The notes under the pieces are model-generated. The model did no database searches and was not told where the DNA came from. It was given only the letters and a program-made list of their open reading frames with translations. The position numbers were made by a program, and so were the translations under genes. This document shows, one piece after another, positions 36,298 through 50,900 of a stretch of DNA of 64,000 nucleotides (position 1 is its first letter; each line of letters opens with the position of its first letter). Source of the stretch: a virus (taxonomy: Duplodnaviria > Caudoviricetes); IMG/VR virus record IMGVR_UViG_3300042896_000343, positions 363 to 64,362 of that record, one strand, 5' to 3'.

Positions 36298-38910
36298 ATG
36301 AGTTCATTTACTGATAAATCACCACAATTTAACCCTTATATCCAACAATTGCCTGTAGAAGAAATGGCAAAAATGGGTATGCTTAAACAAGAACAATACA
36401 ATCAAGGTTATCAAAAAATACAAACTAGTATTGATAATGTTGCTGGTCTTGATATTGTTAGAGATGTAGATAAACAATATTTACAATCTAAACTTAATCA
36501 ATTAGGAGATAATTTAAAAGAAGTTTCTGCAGGAGATTTTTCTAACTTTCAGTTAGTTAATTCTGTTACAGGGATGTCTGATAAAATGGCTAAAGATAAT
36601 AATATTATTAATGCTGTTTCTTCTACTAATGCATATAAAAAAGGAATAGCAGAAATGAATGCTGCTAATAAAGAAGGTAAAGGAAGTCCATCTAATGATT
36701 ATGATTTTAAAAAAGGGGCTAGTGCTTGGTTAAATAGTAATTCTGTTGATGATACTTTTAATGGATCTTATCAACCATATACAGATTACAAAAAACATTC
36801 TTTAGAAGTAATTAAAAGTTTAACTAAAGATGAGTCTATAACAGATAGAGCTTTTCACTATGATGACAAAGGACAATTAGTTATAGATGATTCTGTTGTT
36901 AGAACAAAACTGGCTGGAATATCTCCTGAAAAAATACAACAAGCTTTAATGGTAGGGTTAACTCCTGCTGATTTTAAACAAATGGAAATTGATGGTAAAT
37001 ATCAATATTCTAATTTAGAAGGTGAAAACTTTTTTAAAGCTGTTAGTGATAATTATAAAGAAAAATTTGATTCATTCTCTGCACAAAAAGAAGTCTTGAC
37101 TAACGCTATAGACTCAACTACAGATGTAGGACAAAAATCTAGAATACAAGAACAAATACTTGCATTAGATAATACATTAAAAGGTATTACAAGTGAGTAT
37201 GAAGGAATATCTAAAACATTTGAAAGTGGTGATGCTGATTCAGCTAAAGCTAGATTACACACATCTAATTTTATAAGTGGATTTTCTAGAGCATTTTCAT
37301 TTACAGAAACTTCTCAAACACAAGAAGCTAATCCTTTAGCTGATATTGCTATGAGAAGAGATATTAAAAATCAAGATTGGCAAAAGTTTAAATCTCAGTA
37401 TGAACAAGATGAAAGACAGTTTGCAACTACTACTGAATTAAAACAACAAGAGCTTGCATTAAAATCTCAAGAAAATGATTTAAAACAAAAAGAACTAGAG
37501 GGCTATGGTGGATTACCTTCACCAGTAAATCAAGCAGATCTTCCAAAAATGACATTAGCTAAAGTTGTTAGTGATACAGATTCTATGTCTAAAAATATAG
37601 AATCATCTGATACTCTTTTTATAAAACAACAAGGCAAAGATACAAAGTGGTTAGATCAACAAAGAGAAGCTTGGACTAATAATCCTTCATCTGTAGATCC
37701 TATTATTGCTTATCATTTTAATAGTACAGAATCTAACAGAAGAACTGTAGATGCTAATAAAACTATGATTGCTCAAATTAATAAAGATGCTCAAACAGCT
37801 GTAGGAGAAGGAGATATTTATTCTAAAATTTCTAAAAATGCTCCTAGTTTAAATATTACTACATTAAGAGGAACTGTTAATATTACTCCTAAAGAAATAG
37901 TAGATTTTAACTCTAATGTTAGAAAGTATATATCTTTTGTTGGAAGTGGGGGTTCTGGAGGTGGTGGTGGACAAGTGGTATATAATGATGCTCTTGCAAA
38001 AAAAGAACTTAGTGATAAAGAATTTAAATTATATGAAGTATATAAAAAAGCAGATAAATTAGGAAAAGATAAATTATCTAAAGGCGAAAAAATAATATAT
38101 GATAATATAGAAAATTATAGAAACAAAATTAATGTTCCATACGCTAATACGTTAAAAAAAATAAATGAATATACAGCAGCAGAAGTACAAAAAAGAACTG
38201 AAGTTAAACAAGGATTAGAATATACAATTCCTACAGCAAATGCTGCTCAAAAATCATCTATAGCTAGTATGTTAACTAGTGTTGCTAACTTAGCTGAAAC
38301 ACAAAAAGGAAAAATAGCAGGATCTCCAAACTTTGATGTAGCTGTAGCACGAGAAATTGCTACAGACTCAGAAGCTAAATATAATATTAAAGTTGTAGAA
38401 GGAACATCAAATCAACCAGCTATGTATGAAGTTACTGCTACAGGAAATGATGGAAACATAGTTCAATTTAAACTTACACCTGAACAAAAAAGATCAATAT
38501 TTGGAAATCAATTTGAAGCTACTTCTGCAACACAAGCAGCTAGACCTTATCAAGAACAAATAAGAAAAATGGGTGGTTATTCTACAGGGCTTGCTCCAGG
38601 TAAAACTAATGTATCTAATGCTTATTTAAATAAAATAGATTTTCCTAATACATCTATATATGGAGTAACTGGAAATTTAGTTAGTCCTGATGGAAGTAAT
38701 TATTCAATAAGATTAAATTTAAGAGATCCTTTAACAGGGAAATGGCATGAAGATATAGCCTATCCTAAAACAGGATTAATGAGTGAAGACAAAATAGTAC
38801 CTGCAATGCAAAATTTATCAGATACAGATGTATTTGAATTAATAAATAATAGAAAAGCAACTGCGGCAGAATTAAAACAAATTAAAGAAGCATCTAAAAA
38901 ACCATTATAA
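36298..38910 (+). CDS. injected cargo protein
   Basis: 870 aa helical protein; FNPYIQQLP start; lies between the SLT cargo gene and the RNAP as in crAss-like phages. Confidence 0.7.
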   Translation: MSSFTDKSPQFNPYIQQLPVEEMAKMGMLKQEQYNQGYQKIQTSIDNVAGLDIVRDVDKQYLQSKLNQLGDNLKEVSAGDFSNFQLVNSVTGMSDKMAKDNNIINAVSSTNAYKKGIAEMNAANKEGKGSPSNDYDFKKGASAWLNSNSVDDTFNGSYQPYTDYKKHSLEVIKSLTKDESITDRAFHYDDKGQLVIDDSVVRTKLAGISPEKIQQALMVGLTPADFKQMEIDGKYQYSNLEGENFFKAVSDNYKEKFDSFSAQKEVLTNAIDSTTDVGQKSRIQEQILALDNTLKGITSEYEGISKTFESGDADSAKARLHTSNFISGFSRAFSFTETSQTQEANPLADIAMRRDIKNQDWQKFKSQYEQDERQFATTTELKQQELALKSQENDLKQKELEGYGGLPSPVNQADLPKMTLAKVVSDTDSMSKNIESSDTLFIKQQGKDTKWLDQQREAWTNNPSSVDPIIAYHFNSTESNRRTVDANKTMIAQINKDAQTAVGEGDIYSKISKNAPSLNITTLRGTVNITPKEIVDFNSNVRKYISFVGSGGSGGGGGQVVYNDALAKKELSDKEFKLYEVYKKADKLGKDKLSKGEKIIYDNIENYRNKINVPYANTLKKINEYTAAEVQKRTEVKQGLEYTIPTANAAQKSSIASMLTSVANLAETQKGKIAGSPNFDVAVAREIATDSEAKYNIKVVEGTSNQPAMYEVTATGNDGNIVQFKLTPEQKRSIFGNQFEATSATQAARPYQEQIRKMGGYSTGLAPGKTNVSNAYLNKIDFPNTSIYGVTGNLVSPDGSNYSIRLNLRDPLTGKWHEDIAYPKTGLMSEDKIVPAMQNLSDTDVFELINNRKATAAELKQIKEASKKPL

Positions 38911-41900
38911 TGCCAGATACAAATCCAAAAACATTATTAGATAGATTAGCACTAGAGAAACAATTTAGTGGGTATACACCACCATCAGGACCTTCTCCAT
39001 TACCTAGTGTAAGTTATACAGGTCTTGATACATCTTTACCAAATACTATTACACCAAATGTTGGTGGAAGTGGTATAGGAGGAAAAGAAAGATCTTTATC
39101 TTCTTTAGAAAACTTTCTTTTACAAAAAGAAGGAGATGGAAGACAAATGGGAGGTTCTATTTCAAGAAGTCTTGAAGAAGTATCTTCTAACAGATATGGA
39201 AATTTTGTTCCAGGAGATTATAATAACGAAGATGCATATGGACAAGGACAAAACTGGGGAGAAAAAATGGTTAATGGTGTAGGTAAAGGATTATTACTTA
39301 CAGGTACAACATTTTTACAAAGTACAGTTGGTCTAGTTAATGGGTTGTATAAATGGGGAGAAGATGGTAGACCCTCTTCTTTTTATGATAATGAATTTAC
39401 TAGAAATCTAGATGAGATTAACAAAGCAGCTGAAGATGCATTACCTAATTATTATACAGATGCTGAAAAAAATGCTAACTGGTATTCTCCAACAAAACTA
39501 ATATCTGCAAATTTTCTTTGGGATGGTATTGTTAAAAACATGGGATTTGCTGCAGGAGCTGCTTTATCAGGAGGAGTGTATGCTTCTGCATTGAGAGCAT
39601 TTCCTTTAACAGCTAGATTGTTTTCTGTTGGTAAAGCTGCGGAGGCTTTGGCAGCTACTGAGGAAGGACTATTGGCTGCAGGAAAAATAGCAGAAACTTA
39701 TGGAAAAGTTAGATCATTATCTGATAAGTTTTTAAAATCATACAATGTAATGAACCCTGCAGGTAGAGCAGTAGTAGCAGGACTTTCTACTACAGGTGAA
39801 GCAGGATTTGAAGCTTACCATAATTTAAATGATTTTAGAAATGAAAAAATAGAAGAATTTAAATCTATTAATGGAGGTCTTGAGCCAATGGGTGCTGACC
39901 TTGAAAGAATTAATCAAATGGCTGATGAAGTGGGTAACTCTTCTTTCTTAGCTAATGCTGCTTTATTGACAGCTACTAACTATATTCAATTTCCTAAAAT
40001 TTTAGGTTCTTCATACACAGCTGAAAAAGGAGTTATTAATTCTTTAACAAAAGGAATTGATGATATTGTTGAAGAAGGAGGAACCTTTGTTGTTAAAAAA
40101 GCTAAAGGTGGTAAATTTCTTTCTACATTAAATAAAATAAGACCTTATACTTTCTCCACTTCAGAAGCTTTTGAAGAGGGAGCACAATTTGCTATTGGTA
40201 AAGGTGTACAAGATTATTATAATAAACAATATCAAAACCAAGATAGTAGTTTTATTGATAGTTTTTCTACAGGTATTTCAGAAACTATAGGTTCTAATGA
40301 GGGTATGGAAAGTATTCTTATTGGTGGATTGTCTGGAGCAATTATGATGGGTAAGGGAAGATTTCAAGAAAATACTGAAAAGTCTAGAAACACAACAGAT
40401 GCCATTCAATCTTTTAATAAATTTAGATTATCAGATTTTACTAAAGCTACATTTAACTCTGTTAATAGAGGAGTTGTTCTTCAAGAAGAAAGAGAAGCTT
40501 TATTAAAACAAGGAGATATTAATAATAGTAAAGATGTTGAAGCAGATTATGTTATTAACTACTTAACTCCTAGAATTAAATATGGTAGATATGATCTTGT
40601 TACTTCTGAAATAGCAGACTATAGAGCACTTGCATCTACAGATGTAGGTTTTTCTCAATTAAAAGGAGAAGGAAAAGCTTTAGAAACAGATACTAAGGAA
40701 TCATATTTAAAAAGATTATCAGGGTTTGAACAAACTGCAGATAATGTAAAGTCTATGTATCAATCTCTTAATCTACGTTATGGTGGAGCAATTGATAAAG
40801 ATGGAAATAGAATGTATACAGACGCTGTTATAGATAAAATGGTTTATGCTACAGCTAAAATTGCAGATTATGATAAACGTATTCCAGAACTTACTAACAA
40901 ATTAATAACTGCAGGTATTGATATTAATCAAGTTGTTGAAGATCTTGTTAATGGAGATGTAGAAAGTTTTAATGCAGGAATAGAAACTATTCAAAACTTA
41001 CCTAGATTAACTGATGATCAGAAAGAAGATATTGCAATAGCATTTGAAGATGTTAGTGAGATGTCTATTCGTAGAGATAATTTTTTGAAAGAATATAATG
41101 AGATAAAAGGAAAACCACAAAACTTTAAAAGTAATGAAGAAACTTCTACTACTGAAGTAAATGAAAAAGGAAAAGCTTTACCTAAAGAAACAATTAATGT
41201 TAAGACTAAAAGCGGAATAAGAGATCTAGAAGTAGGTACAGAATACTTTATTGGTAAAATGACTGAAAGATCTGAAAAAGGACACAAAGTTTTTAGATCT
41301 CCTATTATAACTATATTAGGAAAAAATGAAGATGGTACTATAAAAATAAAAGATTCTGATGGTTTAATACATGATTTATCTGAAAGTCTTATAGAACAAT
41401 ATAGATTAGGAAGAGTTAGCTCAACTAAAGCTAACAAAAAAGCTATGTTCTATATGACAAATTGGAATAAACAATATAGACACTATGGTAGAAAAAACAA
41501 AGATGGTTCTCCTGTTTTAGGAAGATTAGACTATAATAGTAAAGATAGAATATTAAATTTTACATATATTCAAAATGGTAAAATAAAAACAGAAGAAGTT
41601 ACTGGAGATCAGTTTGTTGCAAAAAAAGGATATGTACATGGTATGATTAAAGAAACTGCAGAGCTTACTGCAGCAGAACAAAAAATTAAAGATGAGTTTG
41701 TAGAAGAAGCAAAAACAGATCCTAGAGTTGATGCAAAACGTGCTAAACGTTTAGAAATTTTAAATGAATTATTTGAAGATTTATCTAAAAGACAAGCAAT
41801 TGGAAAAGAATTAATAGATAAAAAACAAAAAGAAATATCTATAATTAAAGCTGAGTTAGAAAAACTTACACAAGATATTCAAAATGCTGAATCAGATAAA

Positions 41901-44900
41901 AGAGCTAAAAGTGGTAATTTTAGATTTAAGTCTGTAGCTAGAAAAGCATTACAAAATGCGATGCGTTTATCTAGAACTGTAGAACAATTAGAACAAGATA
42001 TAGAAAGACTTGAAACTGACAGAGAAGAAATAGAATTTAACTTAGGCTACATTGCTGATTTAGCAGGTAACATAGATAACACTTCTACAAATTTCTATGA
42101 TTTTATGGCAGATCTTGAAGAAGAGACTATGAACTTGGAGATTCTACAAGAAGAAACTATTAAACAAATTAATTTATTATCACGTTTATTAAAAGAAACT
42201 CAAGCAGCTTTAGATTCCGCTATTAAATTTATATCAAATATAATTCAAAAATTTGAAAGTAAGTATCCTGATGTACCAACAATAATGGGACAACCTTGGG
42301 TTGATTATTTAAAATCAAACCCAATGTTTCTTTTTGAATCAAAAGCTTATAAAGAAGAACTACAAGGTATAGAAGATTCTATTGCTTTGTTAGAAGATGC
42401 TGATATTACACCAAATGAAGTAAGAATTGAAGATCTTCAAAACCACTTGAGCATAATGGCTGCATCATTGGTAGATGTACAAAAACAAATCTCTGCTAGA
42501 GAAGTGGTATTAAATAAATTTGCTGAGATAGCAGAAAGACATAGATTACAAGTTGCTGAAGAAGATAAGATGAGTAAAAATGAAGCTTTAAGAAAAGCTA
42601 TCATAGGAACTCTTATGACCAATACTCAAGCTACATTTGAAAATGATTCTTTTGAAGCTGCTAGTAAGAAAGATGATCTTACTGTAGTAGGTAGTACAAG
42701 ACCAGTAGATGATGGTAAACCTCATCAAGAAAGAGCTAATATATTTGGAGCTAACATAGACACCTTTGAAAACAGAGATGAAATTAAAGGATCAATAGTT
42801 ACATCTAAAACAGAAGGAGAATTAATCCCAGGATTAACAGAACATTTATTATCTAATTTAACTGAAGCTCAAAAAGAAAAATATAGTGTTGATGATGTAA
42901 TTGTTTTGGTAATGACTACAACTACAGAAGAAGGGCTTTTAGTTCCTGTAGATCAAAAAGGTCAACCTATACTAGACCCTACTAAATATTTAACTGAAGC
43001 TATTTACCAAGTATTTCCTGCAAAAGATTTAAAAGGAAATTATGTAAATGCTGATGGTAAAACAGTATCTGGATCTATGTTTAGAGAGGATACTAGTAAA
43101 GAAGTTGTAGATAGTCTTACAGCTCAATATAGTGCTTGGAGAGATACAGAATTAGCAAAAACAACTTTAGATAACCCAGTGGATTTTAAAGCATCTTTTG
43201 GTATTCCAGAATATGTACAAAAATGGGATGATACTAAACAAGAATTTGTTAGAGACTATGATGCTAGAGTACCTGTACAAGAAACAGGATTACTTAAAAA
43301 AGGAGCATTAAAAACAAATCAAGTTATAGAAGTAGCTACAAATAATGAGTCTGTAACAGAAGGAAAAGTAACTTTTAATACACCTTTAGGTAGAGTGTTT
43401 TTAAGAATTCCTGGTAAAGGGTTAGTTAAATTATTAAATAGAAAACTTAATAAAGCAGAATCTGAAAATATTTATAATGTTATTTTACAGATTTCTAAAA
43501 ATGCACAAAATGATGGTGAGCTTAAACAAGATTCATTAGTTTTATTTGAATGGTTAAAATCTGTTGTTTATTGGGGTATACCTAAAGATCAAGATAAAAA
43601 AAGAAAAACTCCAGGATATAACAGTGTTTGGTTTGAAGAAGTATATGAAGATGGTGTAGCTATATCAAGATTGTTTATTTCAGGTAAAACTACAGAATCT
43701 ACACAAGCTTTTGAATTTACTCCTTCTGCACTAGAAAACAGAAAAGGAGAAATCACTTTCTTACTAGAACAATTATATAACAATACTAATGCTACAAAGG
43801 TTAATGATAAAAGTTGGAATACTCCTTATGTAGAAATAACTGGATTAAATGAAGAAGGAAAACCAATTGTAACAACTTGGCCAAATTATCAAACATATTT
43901 ACTTTCAAATAAATCTCCTAATGAAGATGGTGATTTAACTGAAAAAAGAAATCTTGATATTATTCCTTTAGTAACACAACTTAAACCTTTAGCATCTGAA
44001 GAAGATACTAATAGAAAATCCGTGTATTTTACACTCAGTAAAACAGCAGAAGATTTTGCTCTTCCTGAAGAAAAGAAAACAACTCCTGTTGGAATAAACC
44101 CTACACCAGTAGTTCCTACTGTTTCTGTGGCTCCAGTAATAACTCCTGTTACTAATACACCAACACCAACACCTGTTGTAAAAATTCCTCCTGCACCAAA
44201 ACCAAAAAAAGTTTATAAGTTAGATGGTTCAGAAGAAACAATAACTATGGGTACTTTAGGAGAATTAACTTTTAAACTTGATGCTCAAAAACAAAATTCA
44301 GAAAATCCTGCAGGAGCGCTTTCTTTTCCAACAGATTCTGCTCCCATTAAAGCTTTAATGTTATCAGCAGGTGTAGATCAAATGACAGCTGTTCAGCAAA
44401 TTTATAGTAACATAATAGCACACTTTGGTCCACAAATAGCAAGTATGTCAATTCCTGTACAAGCTCCTATAGAGGATAAAGTTATAGAAGTTAAACCTGC
44501 TGAAAATGTTGTTATTACTCCTGCAGAATCTACAACTCCTTCAGCAAGACCTAGAGCAACTAGACCTACTGATGATGTATATAGACTTCAATTAATTGAA
44601 GAAGCTAAACAATTTGAAACAGAAAACTGGAAAAAAGTAGAAGAGTTTATTAAAACAAACTTTCCTAATGTTCCTGTATATAGAGTTAAAAACATGATTC
44701 AAGCTACTAATGGTAAACAAGCCTGGGGTATGCTTCATGATGGTGCTATATACATATATGAAAATGCAGAAGTTGGTACAGCTTATCATGAGATATTTGA
44801 AGCTGTGTGGAAAATGTTTGAAGGACCTAAAAACAAACAAAAAATTATTGATGAATTTAGAAATAGAGAAGGAAGTTATAATGATAGATTTACTGGAGAG

Positions 44901-47900
44901 TCTGTACAATACAAAGATGCTACAGCTGAACAATTAAAAGAAGAAATTGCAGAAGAATTTAGAGATTTTGTTCTTACAGGTAAAATGCCAACAAGAGTAA
45001 GTAATAAATCTTTAATAGCTAGAATGTTTACAGACCTTGTGAATTTTATAAAAGAATTCTTTACAGGGAAATCTGCTGTGAATAATACTCAAAAGTTATT
45101 TGATAGAATTGGTAATGGGTATTATGCACAATATAATCCATATGAAAGCAAACTATCTTATGCTAACAAAGGTATAATTGATATTGAAGATGCTCAAGGT
45201 ACAAATGCTTCTGAATATCGTATTCAAACAATTCCTGCTTTACAAGTTCATGACATTTTACAACAAATGACATATAGTACTTTAGCTAAATTAACTAAAG
45301 ACAATAAAAATCTTTTTACCAAAACAAAAGAAAACAAAAAAGAACTATATACTAGGTTAAAAGAAGAAGTACTTAATCTAGTTGGATGGCAGCTAGATCT
45401 TATGGATGATGCTATAGAAAAGAAAGAAGTTACAGCAGAAGAAATTGCCATTAAATATAATAACACTAATGATTTGTATAATAATATAAGTCTTGAATGG
45501 GATAGTCTTGTTAAAAAACATCAAGAACAATTAAAAACTTTTTCAATTGAGTTTGATGAAAATGATGATATAGATCTTGAAAGTGAAGAGTCTAGTGTTT
45601 CAGGTAAATCTGACTGGCAAGATGCTACTAAAATTGATTCTTTTAGAAAAGCTAATAGTGCAATTAAATTATTGCTAGGAACTCTTCCTATTAAACAATT
45701 AGTAAATAATAAATCAGTACCAAAACGTAGTTCTATTGGAGGATTTACACTTATGGCGGCTGATGCTGTACATATTGATTTAACTAATAAATTATTTGAT
45801 TCAACTAACATAGAAGATATGTTTTTTAAATTAAAAGAATTGGCAGTAGACAATGATAGTTATGCAACATTGTATAGAAGACTAACAAATTCAGAACCTG
45901 ATAACAAAAAAAGTCGTGTTGATTTTAGTAATCTTGATAATGATGGACTTGTTCTTGTTTCTGCTTTTTGGAAATCTATTAAAAAACAAAATGCTGATGT
46001 AGTTTCTGTGTTTATATTATCTACTGGAGAAGTTGTTATTAGTGACTCTACTTTAAGTAGTTCTACTAAAGCATCTAAAAAAGAAATGTTAACTTCTATG
46101 GCAGAAGCAATTAAAGCTAACAAAATGCCTTATTTAAGTTATAATGCTAAATCAGGTAAGTATTCTGCTACAGATACAGTTAAAAAAATACAACTTAAAA
46201 GTAATGAATTAAAACAATATGTAGATTTTCTTAAAAATCTAGGTATAGACTTTACTGTAAGAGATCTTGAAACAAAACTAAATGACTCTCAATTAAAATT
46301 ATTTAAAACAGCTGTAGACGGTATATTAACTAGTTTGAAAAAAGTAGGAGGTATAGTTACTATAGATGGAGTAAATATAGACACAGGTATTGATTATATT
46401 ACAACTAAATCTTTAGATATTGATAAACGTTTAACTCAACTTGGAACAGTAAGAGCTATTATTGAGAATCCTGAATTTGAAAGTACGTATTTTAATATTA
46501 ATGGGGAACGTTCTCAAAACTATATTGGTACAAATGCTACTAGTGAATTATTTAATACACTATCTAAACTTAAAAATATTAAAGATTTAAATGATCCTAA
46601 AAAAGGATTTACTAGTTTTAAATTTTTATTAACTGATAAATTTGCAAAAGGTTCTGTAGTTCTTAAAAAAATGTTTGATATTGGTCTTGATGGTACAGGA
46701 AATAGAATAGAAAATTCTGAAGGACTTTTAAAACCAGTTTTTATTGATGGTACTATTGATGATGAAAGTGGTAAAAAAACAGCTTCATCAAAACAAACTA
46801 TTAAACAAAGACTTATTCAAGAATTAAACTTAAATACTTCTGGAATTTATATGAACTTAGTTCCTGGAGATGCTGCTATTGAACATGCTATAAAAATGCA
46901 TGAAGAAGGAGATGAGTTTGTTACAGAAAGTTTGTTTTCTACTGATCAATATTTTAATATTTTTAAAGATTATTTAATTTCAGAAATAGAATTATCAAGA
47001 GATAGTAGAGTTGTAGCTGGTAAAAATAAAGCTACTGATTTAAGATTCTTTAAAGCTATTCTTGGGGAAACTTTACATGATAAAATTATCAAAAACAAAA
47101 CAGTAGCTCCAGAACAAATATATAAGGATAATAAAGAAGAAATAAATAAAGCTATAAAAGCATTTATTATTAATGAGGCTAAAGAAACTGAAGACCTTTT
47201 AAAATATTATGGTATTCTTGAAAATGGTGCTGAAGGATTAGTAGCGGATAAACTTTTATTTGCAGAAGGGGTTGAACTTACAGACTCTATTTTAAAAACA
47301 AAATTAGGTGTATTATCTGTTAACTATATTATAGCTAACATTGAAATGCACAAATTGATATACTCAGATCCATATCAATACAAAGATGAATTAAAGCGTA
47401 TCAAAAACTTTAATTCACCTAGACAATTATTATTACATGGTTCAGTTGCTTATAATGAGTCTTTAGATGCTTCATATAACAAATATTATGCACAAGGTGA
47501 TATAGGACATTCTGATATGAACAGAGAGCATTTTAGAACAATCACATTAGGGGATGTTTGGAGTGTTAATGAAAATTTAGGGTATGATGAAGAATATGAA
47601 GAAACTGATGGTGGAGGAATGTCTACTTTAAGAGGACATCGTATTTTAAAAATAAGATCTGCAGATTGGACTGTTGATAATGAAAGACAATATATGTATG
47701 ATATTGCTTTTGAAAAAAATATAAAAAAATTACCTTTAAATGAATATGAAAAGTTATTACTTAAAGAAGGTAACCCTGGAATAAAAAGTACGTATACACC
47801 AATCAAACCTATTGTATCTGGAAGTAAAGATAATGGTAGAGATTTTAATGATGTGGTAATGCACAAGTATGCATTATATCCATTATCATTTAGAATTCTT

Positions 47901-50900
47901 TATGAAATAAATCCAGAATCAAATGCTATCAAATTGTATAACAAAATGCAAAATGAAGATATTGATTATGCTGTATATAGTTCAGGAAGTAAAGTGGGAA
48001 CAGAAAAAGTTTCTCCTTTATATAATGATAATGGTACTTTTAATGAAACTTCTTTTGAAGATGAAGCTGAGAAAAAAGGAAATCTTCCTGCTAAAACATT
48101 AAGAGCAGTTAGTAATATTCCTTTTTCTATTATGGGTATACAAGCTGAAGTTCCTTCTAAAGAAACTGCATCTACTACACAAGGTTCACAAATTACTAAA
48201 TTAGTAACTATGGACTTTTTAGAGGGTGGTGTGCCAATTAATTTTGAAGTTAAAGATACTAAAGGAAAAATTATTACTGATTTTGGTCAAAGATTTTCTG
48301 CTTGGTATAATTTATCTGAAGAAGACAAATTAAAAAATAGTCTTTATAAAGAGATAAAACAAAACCAAATGTTACTTGAAGCTAAAATTGAAGATGGTTA
48401 CAAAACACTTCTTAAAAAATTAGGTATAAAAGAAACTACAACTGAACAAGTTGTAGGAAATAAAAAAGTTAAAGTTAAAAGCTTTACTATTTCAGATGTT
48501 AAAAAACTATCAAACACACTTAGAGAAGAAATTCTAAAAAGAGAAGTGAATGATAATGTTACAGATGCTTTTGAAGGATTCGAAAAAGGTGATGTTGTTT
48601 TAGAAGCTACTCCTGCTTATCAACAAATTAGAAATATTTTATATTCTATTGCTGATAAAAACGTTGTACGCCCTAAAATATCAGGAGGTATGAAAGTACA
48701 AATTCCTTCTACATTATTAGAGTCTAATAGGATTGCTACAAAAACTATTAATGGAAAAACTGCTTATACATCAGATGTATTAGGTTTCTATAAAGATGAA
48801 GATGGAAAACGTGTATGTGAAGTTATGGTTGGTAGATGGTTTAAATCAAATAAAACTGATGCTCAACTATTAGATTATTTTAATAATACAGAAGAAGGAC
48901 AAAAAGAATTAGCAGCTTTATCTGGTGTTGGTTATCGTATTCCTACTCAAAAACAAAACTCTATTGATGCTTTTAAAATAAAACAATTTTTACCTAAAGA
49001 ATTTGGAGATTCTGTAGTTGTTCCTTCTGCTCTTGTTAAGAAAGTGGGATCGGATTTTGATATTGATAAATTATCAATTTATCTTAAAAATATGTTTACT
49101 GATTCTGAAGGTAAATTAAAGGTAGTTCCATTTTTGGGAATAGGAGAAGAAGCTAAAAATAAATTTTTTAAATTATTTGATGAAGGTAAACTATTGTCTA
49201 AATCTCAAATAAAAACATTAAATGAAGAATTATCTTTAGTTACTTCTACTGTTTTAGAAAATGATCCTATTTCTAAAATATTTGAAGAGTTTGGAACATT
49301 TACTGAAGAAGATGTATTAGAAGATTTTATTCAAGATCTTAAAGAAAGTGGTGTTAGAGAAACTGTTGTAGATAAAATGTACAAACAATCTTTAGAAAAT
49401 GCTTATATAACTTCTTTAGAAAAATTGATTTCTAATCCTTTAAATTATTCTAACTTAGTTAAACCTAATGATGCAGAGCCTTTAAAATCTCTTGCTAAAA
49501 AAATAAATGCTAAGTTAGGAAGAAAAGAAATTGATTATGCTTATGCAGGTAATATGCTTAGTAGAAAGTTTATGTCTGGATTAAGACAAGCTTTTGTTAC
49601 TGGTAAATATGCTATTGGTATTGCTGCAGTTGCTCAAACAGGACATGCACAAAGACAACGTACTCCAACTTATCTTGATTTTGATAGGTTGAAAGGAGAT
49701 CTTATTAATGATGTAGATAAAGCTATTTTAGGTAATAGCTCTTTATCAACAATATTTGCTACTGATACTAACATTAATTTCCAAGAATACAACTCTGCTG
49801 TAATTGATGGTAAAGAAAGCCCTGTATTAGCAATGGTAAAAAGCAAATCTAAAAATCCAGAAACTCAATATATCTCGGATGTTAATGGTATGTTCATTGA
49901 TGGATATGTGGATATCTCTAAAGGTCCTTGGATTATGGAACTTGGAGCTACACCAAATGTAGCTTCTACATGGTTATTTTTAGTAGACTTAGGTGTACCA
50001 ATTGAAACTATAGCCTATTTTATGAATCAACCTATTATTAAAGATTACTTAGCTAATATAGAAAACAAAGGATATTCTTGGTTATTTATTGATAATATTA
50101 TTGAAGATAGTCTTGATAGATTTGCAAGTAAAACTGATATAGCTGTTACTGGAATTCCAAGTGAAGCAGAATTATTAGATTTAGTTGGTAAAGACCCTAA
50201 TGAAACAAATAGTAAATCTGATAAATTTTTAACTGATAATCAAAAAGCTCAACAACAATATATGTTAAAAGAGTTTTTAAAATATGCTAAAATGGCATCA
50301 CACGTATTTGAAGTGACTCAAGGTTCTAACTTTGATACAGCAACTATTAATGACCCTTACTTAGTATTTAAAAAACAAATGCAATTAAAGAAAGCTAGAA
50401 CTACAATTATTTCATCTGTAGATAAAATTCTTGAGAACTCATTTGTTGGTCCACTTAAAGATATTATTTTTAATTTTAGAGATGCTTTTGCAACTGTACT
50501 TATATCTGATAGATCTACAGTGAGAAATGTTATGGAAACTGTTCTTACTCCTTATATAGGAATGAATGATAGAAATTTTGTTAAGACTAGTCAAAAAGCT
50601 GTAAATGATTTATTTGACTGGGCTGTTCAAACAGATATGAAAATTAACAGAAAAGTGGCATCAATATTATTAGGTAATACTAATGAAGCATCAGCAGCGG
50701 AACAAATCATAGAATATAGAGACTCTATCATAGGAAACCCTGATAAAGGAATAACCCCTAAAGAAGACCATCCTCTATTTAATAACATAATTTTGAATTC
50801 ATTAAAAATGGAATCAGGATTAAACAGAGGAGAAAATAAAGTTAACAATTTGTTTATTGTTGGTAGAGAGAATAAAGTGTATGATCAAAATTTAATTATA